A stretch of DNA of 63,850 nt, filler included, from Conidiobolus incongruus B7586 (GCA_000697335.1; 7 parts of 7 records of this genome joined end to end with filler, not necessarily neighbours in it); one strand, 5' to 3'. Shown: positions 39,811-53,036, numbered from the whole stretch's first letter. The notes: generated by a model not told the origin, from the sequence alone. Program-made: numbers and translations.

Positions 39811-40115
39811 ATGGTAACAGTAATAACTACTGAAGCAGAGTTTCTTGAATCTATCGATGCAGAATCACTAGTTTTCTACCATTTTACTCTTAATGGTATG
39901 TCCCTTTCATGATAGTTGCTCTGTTTATTCAACGATGCTCAGAAGAATATCCTAATATTAAGGTTTATAAGATCATTATTGATAAAGTACAAGATCTCGC
40001 TATATTAAAGAAATTAGCGCTGTCTCCGATTAAATTGTTTAAGGACAGAATAATTATTGATATGGTTAGAAACATTGATCGAGAAGCCATGCTAGAGTTA
40101 TTTACTAAATATTAA
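39811..40115 (+). pseudogene. Thioredoxin pseudogene
   Basis: MVTVITTEAEFLESIDAESLVFYHFT, frameshift, then WYVPF (39894-39908, ex-WCGPC) MIVALFIQRCSEEYPNIKVYKIIIDKVQDLA...PIKLFKD. Thioredoxin length (~100 codons), no intron. Confidence 0.8.
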
Positions 40116-42071
40116 CATTTTTGTTAAATGAATTATATTTTAACGAATTTTTATTGAATTTTTTTTCAAAAAATTTTTTATAGAAATTATCACAGATCAT
40201 TTAATTTACAAAATTGATTATTATTAATATATCGCAATGCGGTTATTATTATTTGGAATAAAACTATAATAAAAATAATACTCAACAAAAATATTTCTCA
40301 ATTATCAAAATATATATTGATATATCATTTTCAGCAAGATTGCATATATTTAATTTTAAATTTTTCAACTCCTGTTTATATATATTTCGCGTACTAAAGG
40401 ATTTCAATTTTTTAATTCTATAATTTATAACCCTATAGTATTACTTTTTAATTGATATAATAAAATATAAGTATTACTCTTTTCAATTTTAGAAAAATCT
40501 ATTTTAAAATGAAAGTTTCAAAAAAACATTTTTTTTATTTCTTACTGAAATAGCGGTTGTTAAATCTTGATAAATTTTTTAATAAAATTATATTTAAATT
40601 ACTATAATATTATAGTTCATATTTAATAAATATGAGAGTAAGATTAATAAAATTTAAGAAAAAATTAACTCATTATGTTTATTTTAACAAAAATATATAA
40701 TTTAATTATTTTTTTCTTTATTGACTTTGGAAATCATTCGATTTTTTGATTATTTACAATACTGAAAAATTAATAAATTGCCATACCGCAGCATAAGGCA
40801 ATATCAGTTAAATGTAGACAGAGTAAAATTTACAATTATTGTGATTAAATCATACAGATTATCAGTTGACTATGTACTCCAAATACTAATATATCGCTAA
40901 ATACTTCCTGTCATAACACCATTATTTTGATTATAAACAAATTTTGGATTTAGGTGATTTTACTAATTGATAAATGTGTTTTAATTATATATTATTAAAT
41001 ATAGAATATTCAGTTATTATTCAAAAATTGGTTTTATTTCATTATTGTTATAGGAATATGCTTGGAAAAGAGCTTGATATATTTCAGCATTTATGGTAAT
41101 TTTTAGAATTTAATTAAGCGAATTTTTGATATAAAACCATGCTATGTTTATTGAACATATGTCTAAAAAATAGCATACACAATTAATTTTTAATCATTCA
41201 AATAAGAGAGTATTATAATAATAATATACCTTTATGTACATTAAAATAAGTAAAATATTTGTCAATTTTGGATATTTCCTTTTCGCTTTGATAATAAATA
41301 GTGCATATTAATAAATTATATTCTCCTTAATTATATATTATATATTGTAAAAGGAAATATATCAAAGGTAACAATACATTTTATATTATGATAGGATAAT
41401 GCATATAGTAATAAAATTTGTTTCAACAGACAAGAATAATCTTGGCATGTTAAAATCAATTATCAATATAACTATATATATATTCTATTGAACTTGATTG
41501 ATAAGAATATTACTATAAATCAAGAATTATATGACTTGAATATAAAAAAGACTACGATATTTTACCCCTTATATTCGAACAAAAAGTAAAATGCATGAAT
41601 TTTTTATGCATTTTATTATCTGGTTGTCAAGTTAAAATTACAATATTTCAGATAAAAAAATATTTATGTATCTGAATGGCATAAAATATATTTAAAAATA
41701 CTTACTTAATAATAAAATATATATTAACAAAAATATAAATTCAACTAAATCAAAACAACAGCTAATAAACATAATGATATCAACAAAGAAAAAATAATTA
41801 CTAAATCAAAATAATTTTTCAATTAACATTTAATTATATAGAAATTTTTCCGAGTAATTCAATACCATTTAAATTTCCCCATTAATTTTAATTTTTAAAT
41901 AATAATTTTTTATTACTCTTTTTCAATCCTTATATCTTCATTTAATTATATTTATCACATAAATAATTTATATATTAGGAAAAAAACAATAATTAATATA
42001 CATATATACATATACATTATTTTAACCCATTCATTTAATACCTAACAATTATTATTTTTATTTAAATAATA

Positions 42072-45000
42072 ATGTTTAGTAAAAGCAAAAAGAAGAAAGA
42101 ACCAGCTATTAAAATTTCGTTTCCGATACAAACGAGTTCTAATTCGGAAGCTTATCACAATATTAACTCTATATCGGAGCCTTTAACTTATAATAGTTTA
42201 CCTTTAAGAACTTCTAGTACATCTTCACATACTTCAAGTTTAAGAAATGAACCTCAAATAGATCGTACTCCTTCCATATGCTCCACCACTTCCACAAATA
42301 CCGCTTATAGCGATAATACAGCGAGAGAGTCCACCTATTCTGAGCACGGTCCTACAGATAGTGTTTTGGAGGAATTATTCGAAAATCTAATGGTATTAAT
42401 TTAAATTTTACTAATCATAGTATCAAAATTAAAACATTATAATTTATAGGATAGTATGGATCTTAAAGAATCCAAAAGGAGGGAGATGCGAGCTTTACCA
42501 CCCGATCACAAGTGGATGATTATTAGAAGTCAAAGAGATAAGGAAAAGATAGAAGTAATTAGATTTAATATTATTTTAAATTTAAATTTTTAATAATATT
42601 ATTTAGTCAAAAAATAGATTGGATGGCAGACTTGACAAAACTACTCCCGAATATTTTATTCATAAAATGAAGGAATATGACGGTAATTTGATGCCGTTCA
42701 AACAATTTACATACCTCAGAGTCTCCTTGACTACCCAGCCAATTAGGTACATTTTTCGACAATATTATAAATAATGGTAAATCTTACTAATTTCAATTTA
42801 GTTGGGTGAAAAAGTTCATATACCTCAACGGTATGCGAATGTTAGCTGATGCTTTATCAATTTTAAATCGTCAAGTAAGTCGGTAAGTATTCTTAATTTA
42901 CTCTTCAAATATTATTTGTATAATTTTAATTATTTTTTAATAGTCGAGAAGGTGACAATACTTTAGAACATGAAATTGTAAAATGTTTGAAAGCTCTGCT
43001 TAATACAAGGGTAATTATGAAACAACTTTATAAAATGCTTTTATTTAACTTTTTTAATACAATAGATTGGTTCTCGAGAAGCGTTAGAAAATCCTAAATG
43101 CATTTATACTTTGACATACTCAATAGATTCCAAATACATCACAACAAGAAAATTAGTCGCTGACGCGTTGATTTATTTGTGTTGTTCTGAGGATTCTTTA
43201 GGTCATACCTTCGTCATTGAGGGTATGGACAAACTCCAAAAATATCGTCAACAGTCCATGAGATTCGAAGGCTGGATGCAAGTCTTTGAAGCTACTATCT
43301 TAGGTCGGGGTAGAGTTAGAAGTTCTATTTCAAGCGCATCTACAACTAGCTCGAGGAATGTCCCCATTCATGATGATCGAAAGAGCCATACCGATAAAGA
43401 GTTACTGGACTATGCTGTAAATATATACAATATGACTTTGATTATTACTTATCTAACTAAAATTTCTGAATATAGTTATCCAACATTATGTTGGTGAATG
43501 CTCTTATTGAAATTCCTGACGAATTAGAATTCCGTATCCATTTAAGAAATCAATTAAACCTTTGTGGGTTGAGTAAAATTCTAAAGGTAATCAAATCACT
43601 TATAAATTATATTGGTCATTAAATGATATATCTAACTCTTGAATGTTTATAGCTTTTGGAAGAATTTGACAATGATTTAATTAATTTACAAATTCGAAAA
43701 TTCGAAAGAGTTGCTGAGGCTGATATGGCAGAACTCATCGAATCGTATAATAATCATGTTTTACAAAATATGAATGATCCTCATGATGTGTTTGAGGCAT
43801 TGTTGAGATCTGTTGAAGGCACTAGAGCTTTTGACTATTTCTTGTCAACTTTACAGCATATGTTACTCATCAGATATGATAATGATTTGAAGTAATTTGA
43901 ATTTTTAATGCGGTTAAAAATTGAAAATTAACAATTAATTTTAGAACACGCTATTACCAAGTTATTGATTCACTTGTCACAAACGTTGTTTTGGATCAGC
44001 ACTATCTCGATTCTGGAGGTGGTAAATCAATTGGATCTGTCAGCAACATTATTGCCAAATTTGAGAAAGAAGAACAACTTGAACAAGCACTCAAAGATTT
44101 GAAGGAAACTAAAGACCAACTCAACAAAGTTCTAAGTAGGAAAAATGAATTGGAATTAGAACTTTCAATTAATCAAGGTATTCCTATTAAAATTTATTTT
44201 TTTTATAAATATCCTAACATTCAATTCAATAGATGATATGGTCGTTGCACTCAAATCCAAAAATCAGTCTTTAGAAAACTTCCTCAAGATGTCTCGTCAA
44301 ACCATTGAAGCGATGCAGACTCAATACAAGGATATGTATACACAACTCGATGGCAAAGTTACTAGACAGCAGAGTCAACTGAAACAGGTGTTTTCCATTC
44401 TTCAAAGAGAGATCGATGACCACAACGATATGAAACTCAAAAATGAACAATTGATGATCGAACTTTCATTAATCAAGAGTGGTAAAGCTCTTCAAACGTT
44501 GAAGGATGGTACTGTTCAAGTTGATACCGAGTTACTCGACAAATTAATGATTCAAGTCAAAGCTGAAAGACAAAAACTTCAAATGGAGGTAAATATTTTA
44601 TCTCAATTAATATCAATTATATGATTATTTATACAATTGAATTAGAACAAGATGAGAATTTCCAATATGAATGACTTGAAGAATAGCGGTTTGATGAATA
44701 TCGACAAATTAAGTGAAATTTCATTTGAAGAAATTGAAAAATTATCTACACAATCTTCTATGCCTCTTTCTGATATTCTCAAGACTTATATTCGTATGTC
44801 GATCATTACAATATTATGATTTTGTATTAATTTTATTATTTAGAAAACCCCGATCCAACCAAACAGTCACTTCAAAAATTACAGGATGTCAAGTCTGGTA
44901 AATCTATCGCTGAAATTATAGAATCCATTGGAGGCGAAGAAAATATTGTTTTACCAGGTTCCAAGCAAGACAGTAAACCAAAGGCTGATATCGCTAAGCC

Positions 45001-45554
45001 TGATATCGCTAAGCTTGATATTGCTAAGCCTGATGATTCCACAGCTGGTGCTCCTCTTCCCCCTCCTCCCCCTCCTCCTCCTCCTACCTCTGGTGGTTCT
45101 GTCCCTCCTCCTCCTCCTCCTCCTCCTGGCGCTGGCGGTCCCCCTCCTCCCCCTCCTCCTCCTGGTGTTGGCGCACCACCACCACCACCACCTCCTGGTA
45201 TAGGTGGTCCTCCTCCTCCCCCTCCTCCTCCTGGTGTTGGCGCACCACCACCACCTCCCCCTCCTGGTATGGGTGGTCCTCCTCCTCCTCCTCCTCCTCC
45301 TGGTATGGGTGGACCACCACCACCTCCCCCTCCAGGCGGTCCTAGAGCACCCGCACCACCGGGCGTCCCAGGAGTTCGTAAGTATATATCTACATCGATT
45401 TTAATTAAATATTAATTTATTTTTTCCATTTAGCCCAACGCAAGAATCTTAAGAAGGTAGCAGGAGTCAAGATGAAGCAAATTCAATGGGAGAAACTCTC
45501 ACATATCAAGATTCCAAGAACCATTTGGGAGAAATTCGACAAGGATGATCAGTA
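42072..45554 (+). CDS. Formin (Bni1/SepA-like: GBD, FH3, coiled coil, FH1, start of FH2), 3' end lost in gap
   Basis: Multi-exon. LEELFENLM, LRVSLTTQPISWV, EHEIVKCLKALLN, FRIHLRNQL, YFLSTLQHMLLI, polyproline FH1 at ~45050-45365, FH2 start KMKQIQWEKL. Confidence 0.93.
45050..45365 (+). repeat. FH1 polyproline repeats (CCT/CCA/CCC runs with GGP/VGA spacers)
   Basis: Eight or more PPPPPPP tracts; a 15-nt unit (gatatcgctaagcct, DIAKP) occurs three times at ~44987-45031. Confidence 0.9.
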
Positions 45555-45654
45555 NNNNNNNNNNNNNNNNNNNNNNNNNNNNNNNNNNNNNNNNNNNNTT
45601 AATTAATTAANNNNNNNNNNNNNNNNNNNNNNNNNNNNNNNNNNNNNNNNNNNN

Positions 45655-46450
45655 TAAATAATATTAATATTTTTATATATACTTTATATTAAAATAAATA
45701 TCATTTATATTTTAAGAAAAAACACCTTTAATTAAAAAGTCTTATTATAAAGTTAAGTAAGAGTTTAAATGTCAATATTAAAGTTAAATTAAAATTAACT
45801 AGAGTAAAATTATTTAATTTAATAAAATAAAGATATATCTTAATAAATCAAATAAAAAAGTTAATGATTTTTAAAAAAATAAAAAACTATTTTATAACAA
45901 TTATATTATTATAACCTATAAATACAATAGTAGGCTAATTATAATTTAAGAATATATGTTATCTTTAAGTGTAATATATTTTTATAAGATTAATAAAAGA
46001 ATTAATATTAAAATATATTATTTATTTTAAATAATAAATTGAAAAAAATTATTGAATAATATAAGTTTAATATATTAAACATTATTTTCTAATAAGATAA
46101 TACCTTTTGTTATACTACAAATTCTACTATTAAATAGTTTAAAAATAACAAAATAATTATTATAAAATAACCTCCTTAATTTTTTAATTTTAACCTAATT
46201 AAATATTTTTAAAATCAACTAAAAAAATCAATTAAAGCTTTCCCCCTAGTAAAAAATTTAAATCAACTTTAAGAGTATATTTAAGAAGCTTAGAATAATA
46301 TTAATTTTACTTAATATAAAAAGTTAATTGATTTTATACCCTATAAACTTAAAGAGGTTTAAAAAGCAAAAGATAAATATATTAGATATTAATTTTTCTA
46401 TCAATACTAATACCCACAATTTTATAACTAACTTTAAATATACTTTTAGT
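45655..46450 (+). mobile_element. Tc1-family (DD34E) transposon relic, hypermutated
   Basis: From 46081 in one frame: IIF**DNTFCYTT...K*PP*FFNFNLIKYF*NQLKK = ex-FQQDNAPCHTA...WPPQSPDxNPIEHLW. D at 46096 and ex-E at 46201 are 34 codons apart. Confidence 0.9.
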
Positions 46451-46619
46451 TTTTATATATGAATTAATAATTAATTAAATTTAACTTTATATATTATATT
46501 ATAAATAAAAAATATATATTATTTACATAATTTAATATAAGTTTATTTAAATTAAAATTGATTAAAATATTAATAACAATATTTATATTTTTAATTTTAT
46601 AACTCATTTTTGTGGGTTA

Positions 46620-46746
46620 CTATATATATATAATTTAAAACTATATATTCTCTTATATATGTTATATATCTGTTTATTCAAAGTTAATAATATTTTTAAA
46701 ATAATAAAAATTAAAAAATTTCTCATTTTTTCAAATCTAAGTTAAT
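46620..46746 (-). mobile_element. Isolated mariner left-end fragment
   Basis: (TA)n-atttaaaact...aaattaaaaaatttctcattttttcaaat matches 57020-57150. Confidence 0.65.
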
Positions 46747-47768
46747 TTTAAAATATTAATTTAGAATATAATTATTTATTTATTATTTATATTTGAAAAT
46801 AGTAACTAATATCAAAATAGGCAGAATTAATAGGAAAAGTCTTAAATTCCAATGATTATATAATAGCAATTATAAAAATCAAGAAAACAATAGTGAAATT
46901 AATAAAAAAAGCAAATATGTGTTCGAAAAAATTGATGAAATAAAATTGCAATAATTGGAATTTTTATATATTTAATGATTAATAAATACATAGATTTTTG
47001 AATATCAAACAAATTTAATTAGACATTCAAAGTAAACTCTCTTTTATCTTCTAATATTAATAATATTTGTATTTTGGTATTAATCTTTCGATTTCTAAAT
47101 TTATAATTTATATATATTATAATACCAAAAGCTGAAAGTATTAATTGATGACATAAAATCTAATATTTTTTAATTTGTGATTTTTTTAAATTAATTTTAT
47201 TAAAACTTTGAGAGGCATTTAATGATTTAGTTAATAAATAGTAATATTATAAATAGATATAATAGTTTTATAAAACTATATTACCCAATATTTTATTGTT
47301 CAAAAACCTGATTTTTTTACTCTATCTACCATATTTACCAGGTATGGATCATTGTCATTATCATAGTTTTGGTTAATTAAAGTATAGAATTGAATAAAGA
47401 TTTGATGAAATTAAAACTTTGAATTTAAAATTAGGAGTATATATTTGAAGCTCAAATGTAAAAAATAATATAAAAAGGTTTAACCATTATAAAAAGTAAG
47501 TAATTCCTTATTAAAAAAGGAGGAAAATATCAATTACTAATTATATTATTTTTGTTCTGTATCTATTTTCTAAAATCAAAATGCAAGTTAAGTAAATTTT
47601 TGGATCACTCTATGATATGAAGTATAAAGAATATAACCGGCAAAATATCAACATAGGAAGAGAAATTAACTATGTATTATAAAGTGAATTTATTATAATA
47701 ATATATTAGGGAGATAGGTGATATTAATTATAAAGTTAAAGATCAAGCCATGTTATTTGTAAATATAC

Positions 47769-48935
47769 TCAAAGTGAATATACTCTGACATAATCAATGA
47801 TCAGATCACGATGATCATCCTTAGGCCAGGTTGGATACCATTCATCCTTCTTATCATAAAACTCTTTTGGTGCAGTTGGAGAAGAATTGCTCCATGGTTT
47901 GTTACCAACACCTTCGGGAAAGTATCCATTAGTCCCACCAACAGCAACATTGAAAACAAGATAGAAGTCACGATCGAAAGGTGCAGCCATCGATCTTTCT
48001 TGCCAAGGATTATTCAAATAACTTGGAAACTGACCACGATCCCAGTACGATTGATTGTGCTCAACATTGAGTACAGGATTGTTATCTACAAAAGTTCGAA
48101 TATATTCAGGTGTCCATTCCAGAGTAAAAATATGGAAATCATCAGAAAAGGTCTTATTGTTGGGTAAAGTGTATGATGCGGAAGTTTGTTCATAACGATT
48201 GAATTGAGAATTAGGTCCCCAATGTAATGCAGATCCAATGGTATCGCGTCCTTTACCAGGATAACTTGGATCATTTCCGCGACCCTCCACAAGATCGATC
48301 TCTCCAGAAGCTGGCCAGCCACCATAATTATGATCAATGGGTAATAACCAGATTGCAGGCCAAATCCAATCTCCTTTGGGCAAACGAGCACGAACTTCTA
48401 CTTTACCATAGGTGAAAGACAGCTTTGTATGAGATCTGATAAGGGCTGATTGGATAGGATTCAAGTAATTGTTTCCGTTAGATGATCTTGAGCATCCAAA
48501 GAAGGCATTAGAAGTACACTTCATATTAGGTTGGTTACCCCAGAGATCAATGGTACCGCCATTCTTTACAGCTTCTTCACCAATACTTTCAGAAGTCAAG
48601 ATAGGACGAATATGAAGTTGGCCATTTTTAACAAAACTTGAAGATCTATTATTAGTATAGTACTCAAACTCCCAGTTACCACCACCGCCAAGGGTGATAT
48701 CATGTTTCCAAGTCTTCAAATCAAAATCATCGAAGTCATCTTGAAAAATTAATTGATACTGTCTAGATGTCGAATTTCCATAGCTCTCAAAATCCAATTC
48801 CTTTCTATTGGTAGAATCTTTCACTGGATAACCAGTTTCATTGTTCAAAGCTTCACGATAGTCGCTCAAGCTATTTGCTACAGTTGTTTGGATCCAGCAA
48901 AGATTGAGCAATGAAATAGAGATTAACTTAATCAT
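47769..48935 (-). CDS. Secreted GH16 beta-1,3-glucanase (laminarinase / beta-glucan-binding-protein-like)
   Basis: Signal peptide, GGGNWEFEYY, GKVEVRARLPKGDWIWPAIWLLP, catalytic WPASGEIDLVE, APFDRDFYLVFNVAVGGTNGYFP. Intronless. Confidence 0.95.
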   Translation of the reverse strand: MIKLISISLLNLCWIQTTVANSLSDYREALNNETGYPVKDSTNRKELDFESYGNSTSRQYQLIFQDDFDDFDLKTWKHDITLGGGGNWEFEYYTNNRSSSFVKNGQLHIRPILTSESIGEEAVKNGGTIDLWGNQPNMKCTSNAFFGCSRSSNGNNYLNPIQSALIRSHTKLSFTYGKVEVRARLPKGDWIWPAIWLLPIDHNYGGWPASGEIDLVEGRGNDPSYPGKGRDTIGSALHWGPNSQFNRYEQTSASYTLPNNKTFSDDFHIFTLEWTPEYIRTFVDNNPVLNVEHNQSYWDRGQFPSYLNNPWQERSMAAPFDRDFYLVFNVAVGGTNGYFPEGVGNKPWSNSSPTAPKEFYDKKDEWYPTWPKDDHRDLIIDYVRVYSL

Positions 48936-50784
48936 TTTTGGTTGATGACTATTGCAATGATTTACAACCTATATACCTGCATTTATATATTAATCCTATG
49001 TACCAATTTTTACACCAGTGTTATTCTAATTACTAATCAATAACGACCAAATTTTCTAATGTGATAATTATATTTTTAACCCTTTAGGATGTATGGTTCA
49101 CTAGTCTGTATTCGGATTAAAATCCATGGAATCTGTCAATCGAGTTACACAATCCTGTAATGATAACCTTTATAATCAATCGGTGTTTTTAATATCCTTA
49201 AAAATCACTAATTAATTTTTAATAACTCGTTTAAACTGTCAGATAATGAATATTTTGACCATTAAATCAAGAATAGTTAATCCAGCACGGACTGAAAAAA
49301 ATTACTGTTTTTTATATTCTAAATGTTATCAATGATACAAATCATATATACAATCTTTGAATTCATTTCAAGTTAAATGTGTACTAAAATATTCTTGCAT
49401 CGATTAATTTAATCTAGAACTCATGATTGTATTTATTAAACATTTTTGCTAAAGTTTGAAATTATTTTATAGTATATTTTCAAAATAGTCTCAGGACGAA
49501 ATTTACAAGGTAATGACCAAACTTTTATCAAGATTTGATATATTTCAAATATTTTAAATATGAAATCATATTATATCCAAATTTCAAATTAAAATTCTGT
49601 AATTTTATAAGATTCGAGATTAGTTATTTAATTTCTAATGTCAATCTCTGTAAAGGCTATAAAATTATCGTTATCTAATATAAAATACATACTTGCTATG
49701 TTTGAAAATCCATGTAACCAATTCATTATTTCTTATTTAATTAATTTGTTTTGTTGAAGTAAAATATTTAATTGTTAAAATTTTTTTAATTAGATAATTA
49801 TTGCATTGATAGAATGAATCAGTATTTTCACTATAAAAAGAATAATGATATAATGATTTGAAATAAATATTTTACTAATGGAATTTATAATATAACAATT
49901 TCTGCATATTATTGGTAATTTTTATCACTTTATTTTTTATATTAAGGACATAAATTATAGATTTAAAAATATTTAAAAATAAATTTTAGTACATTTTTTA
50001 AAAGTAAGGGGATAAGTGATGATAGTTTTTATTTAATATTATATAAGTATCAAGACCTAATCAAATATATTCGAAATTCCCTTTCGTGTTAGTGCTATGA
50101 AAGAATATCTTAATTCTTAATATTTATCTCTTCATGTCTTTTCTGCTTATATTTTAACTCAATAAATTTTTTTTCATCTTTGAGCACCCATAGCTCTTTG
50201 ATGATTAATTGGTTTTAAGGTACAAATATATATTTTCTAGACCCTGATCTTTGAATGTATATTAGTTTATTGATTATATTTGAGTACCTTGTCCTTGAAC
50301 ATCCCGAAACTGCCACTCTATCTGCATGAATTTTCGCAATTATTAAGTAAAAATAGACTTAGTAACTTCAGTTTTTAACATTTCACTATATTTCATGGAT
50401 AAATTTTTAATCTGTCTTTATAACTCTGAATATGTAAATAACACTATTATTTTCGAAAAACTTATTTGTTTACAACATCCCTCACATAAAAGTGTTAATC
50501 TATTTTTTCACATTATAAAATATTGCATCAAAATTTGAAAATGATTATTAACTGATAGTATAAATAGATAAATTAAAAAATATTATTGTTTGATCATTAT
50601 TTCAAATATATCATATTCAAATTCTATCAAATTAAAATGAATTTTGAATTATTGAATATTTTAAAAAGCACTAAAGGTCTTATGACTTATTTATATAAAA
50701 TTATCATAAAATATATCACCCAGTGTATTTTCTAAATATAAACTATTATTAATATTAGAATTTCAATCAGCAATATTTGGTATT

Positions 50785-51135
50785 AAAGGTCTTCAGAAAA
50801 GTAGCCTTGTAAATAAAGACCATGTAAATAAGATAAAACAGGCCAAAGTTGGCTAATGAGATGTTTTAAATGGTTTTATTAAAACATCAATATGTAGCGC
50901 TTGGCTCTGATTGAAATGATTTCCAAGAAAATATGTATTTGATGATAATTTTAGGGTGTTATCAATCCTTACTCCAATGCCTTTAAACACCGATTGTGGT
51001 TGCTGTCCGAAATTTCACATTATACACGGACAGTGTATGGTACTTGCATGTGGATTATATTCGGAATAATGACGGACGATTTGAATTGTATAGCTAGCGG
51101 ACCTCTCGATTTGCGACAATATATATTCTAGATTT
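50785..51135 (-). pseudogene. Decayed coding fragment, diverged duplicate of 53755-54090
   Basis: Shared blocks gtagcctt..aataaaga.catgtaaataagataaaac.ggccaa and agcggacct. Minus frame conserves GPLAIQ, SIRxKxYILxF and WPVLSYLH. Confidence 0.6.
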
Positions 51136-51569
51136 TTGTGTAAATTTGAAGAATTAATTTTGATTTTGAAATATAACTTTAACATTATTATCTTCTTTTG
51201 ACCTAAAAGGGCTGATGGCTTGGCTAGGATGATTAAAACTGTAGATTAGTATTAATATATTTGTAATATTTTTCTATCTAAATTTTGTATTATATTGTTT
51301 ATCTTGAATTCAAGTTTTTTAGGTTAAAATTACAACATCACATATGATGGGCAAATGTATAGAATAGGATAACCTAATATTTCAAGATTTATCCATTAAA
51401 TTTTTTTCTATTTTAAACAATACTTAAAAATATATTTCGTATTAATTAATTTGGAATTGATAAATATTAATAATAGGAGATAAGTTCATATTATTTAAGC
51501 AAATAAATAATCTCATATTTTTCAAATTTATTTTGAATATGAATTCTAGTATATAATAGAAATTAGAAA

Positions 51570-52450
51570 TATATAACTCCAAATTAATTATCCTTCAAGT
51601 TATAGATACCTTGGGTTATACTTTTGGCAAACTTATTATATTAAAAAACATATTTTTTTATAGTTTAATATATATTATCTTTTAAATCAATAATATATAT
51701 TGAAAATCAACTTCTTGTAGATATATCTTTTAATCTGCAAAAAAAATTATAACTGAAAAAATTGTAATAAAGTGAGAATACTAGGTATAATAGAGTTTTT
51801 CAATATTTTTAACTCAAAAACCATTTTATAGCTTGAACTCTATCTATTTCATATTTATCATCTATAATTATTAATATCCTTGAATAATACTAGAAATTAT
51901 AAGTACAAAATATTTTATTAAGAGTACTTAAAATATTTATATTTATATCTTTTAACTTCAAAAATTTAATAGATTATTATTTATATATTGTATTATTATA
52001 ATAATTAACAATCTTTTATGAAATATTTAACTATTTTTTCATCCTATTTTAGCTTAACTTAGAATTTTACCTTGCGTTGTAATATAAAAATATATTAAAA
52101 GCGTTTAATCAAATGATTATTATAATTTGATATAAAGTTTATTGCTTTTGGTTTTATCATAATCCGTTTTTTAACTATAACTCTATTTTTTTCTCTTTAG
52201 TTAAACTATAAAGACTATAAAATCCTATTAAATGAATTAATTTTGAATTATATATAATATATTTTTATAGTTAAAATATAGATATTTGAATCACTTCTTA
52301 TCTCAATCAATGTCATATTTTGAATCATTTTATTTTCCTTAATTATCAATCCAAATAAGCAAGCATGTATAATATATTTTTGAATTATTTAATACTTCAA
52401 ATATCTGGTATACAACATGTTTTTTATTCAAATTAATTTAAAAATCCAAT
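51570..52450 (-). mobile_element. Older, diverged mariner relic
   Basis: Minus frame LLYLVFSLYYNFFSYNFF at ~51740-51795, and ttttggcaaactt matching the transposase C-terminus of the other copies. Boundaries approximate. Confidence 0.5.
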
Positions 52451-52835
52451 TTATTTAAGAGGTTAATTAGATTAAAAGATACTTTAAATATCACACATAT
52501 TATATATTAAACAACATAACAATTCTTTTAGTTTAACTTAATTTTCTAAAGCTATCTAAATTATAACTAGAAATTTATTTTATAATTAAAAAATAATTAA
52601 TTAATATAATCCAAAAGTATAACAAATAAATAAATATAGCTGATTTATACTAATTTTATCAAACTTTATATTAAACCATTTATTTAACTTTTATTAATAT
52701 TATTTCTTTAAATAATTCATTCAGGGGATATAGTTTATAACTAAAAAATAACAACAAATAGGTTAAAATACTATAAATACTATTCAAATACCTGATTTTA
52801 ATTTTAAATATTCTTTTTATTGTTAGTTAACTTAA

Positions 52836-53036
52836 TGTCACAGATCAATAACAATTCCCAGAATTCCCATATATTGCAACGCGATTCATTCCCCTATAAA
52901 TAGTTAGACAATATACCCTTCTACAGAGGGGGGACTTTAGTGTGGTTAGTCTGTTGATAAACCTTTCTTGGTTCAGCTTCCTCTGCACCCTGACTCTGCT
53001 TAATTAGTCCAATAAATCTAGTAACCATCTAGTACA
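52836..53036 (+). mobile_element. Solo LTR (201 bp)
   Basis: TG...CA termini (TGTCAC...AGTACA), perfect 5-bp TSD CTTAA at 52831-52835 and 53037-53041, internal TATA (ctataaata) and AATAAA. Confidence 0.85.

Noticed and set aside
44928..45404. Leu/His-rich and Glu-rich ORFs
   Set aside because: Alternative frames and antisense of the formin FH1 polyproline repeats
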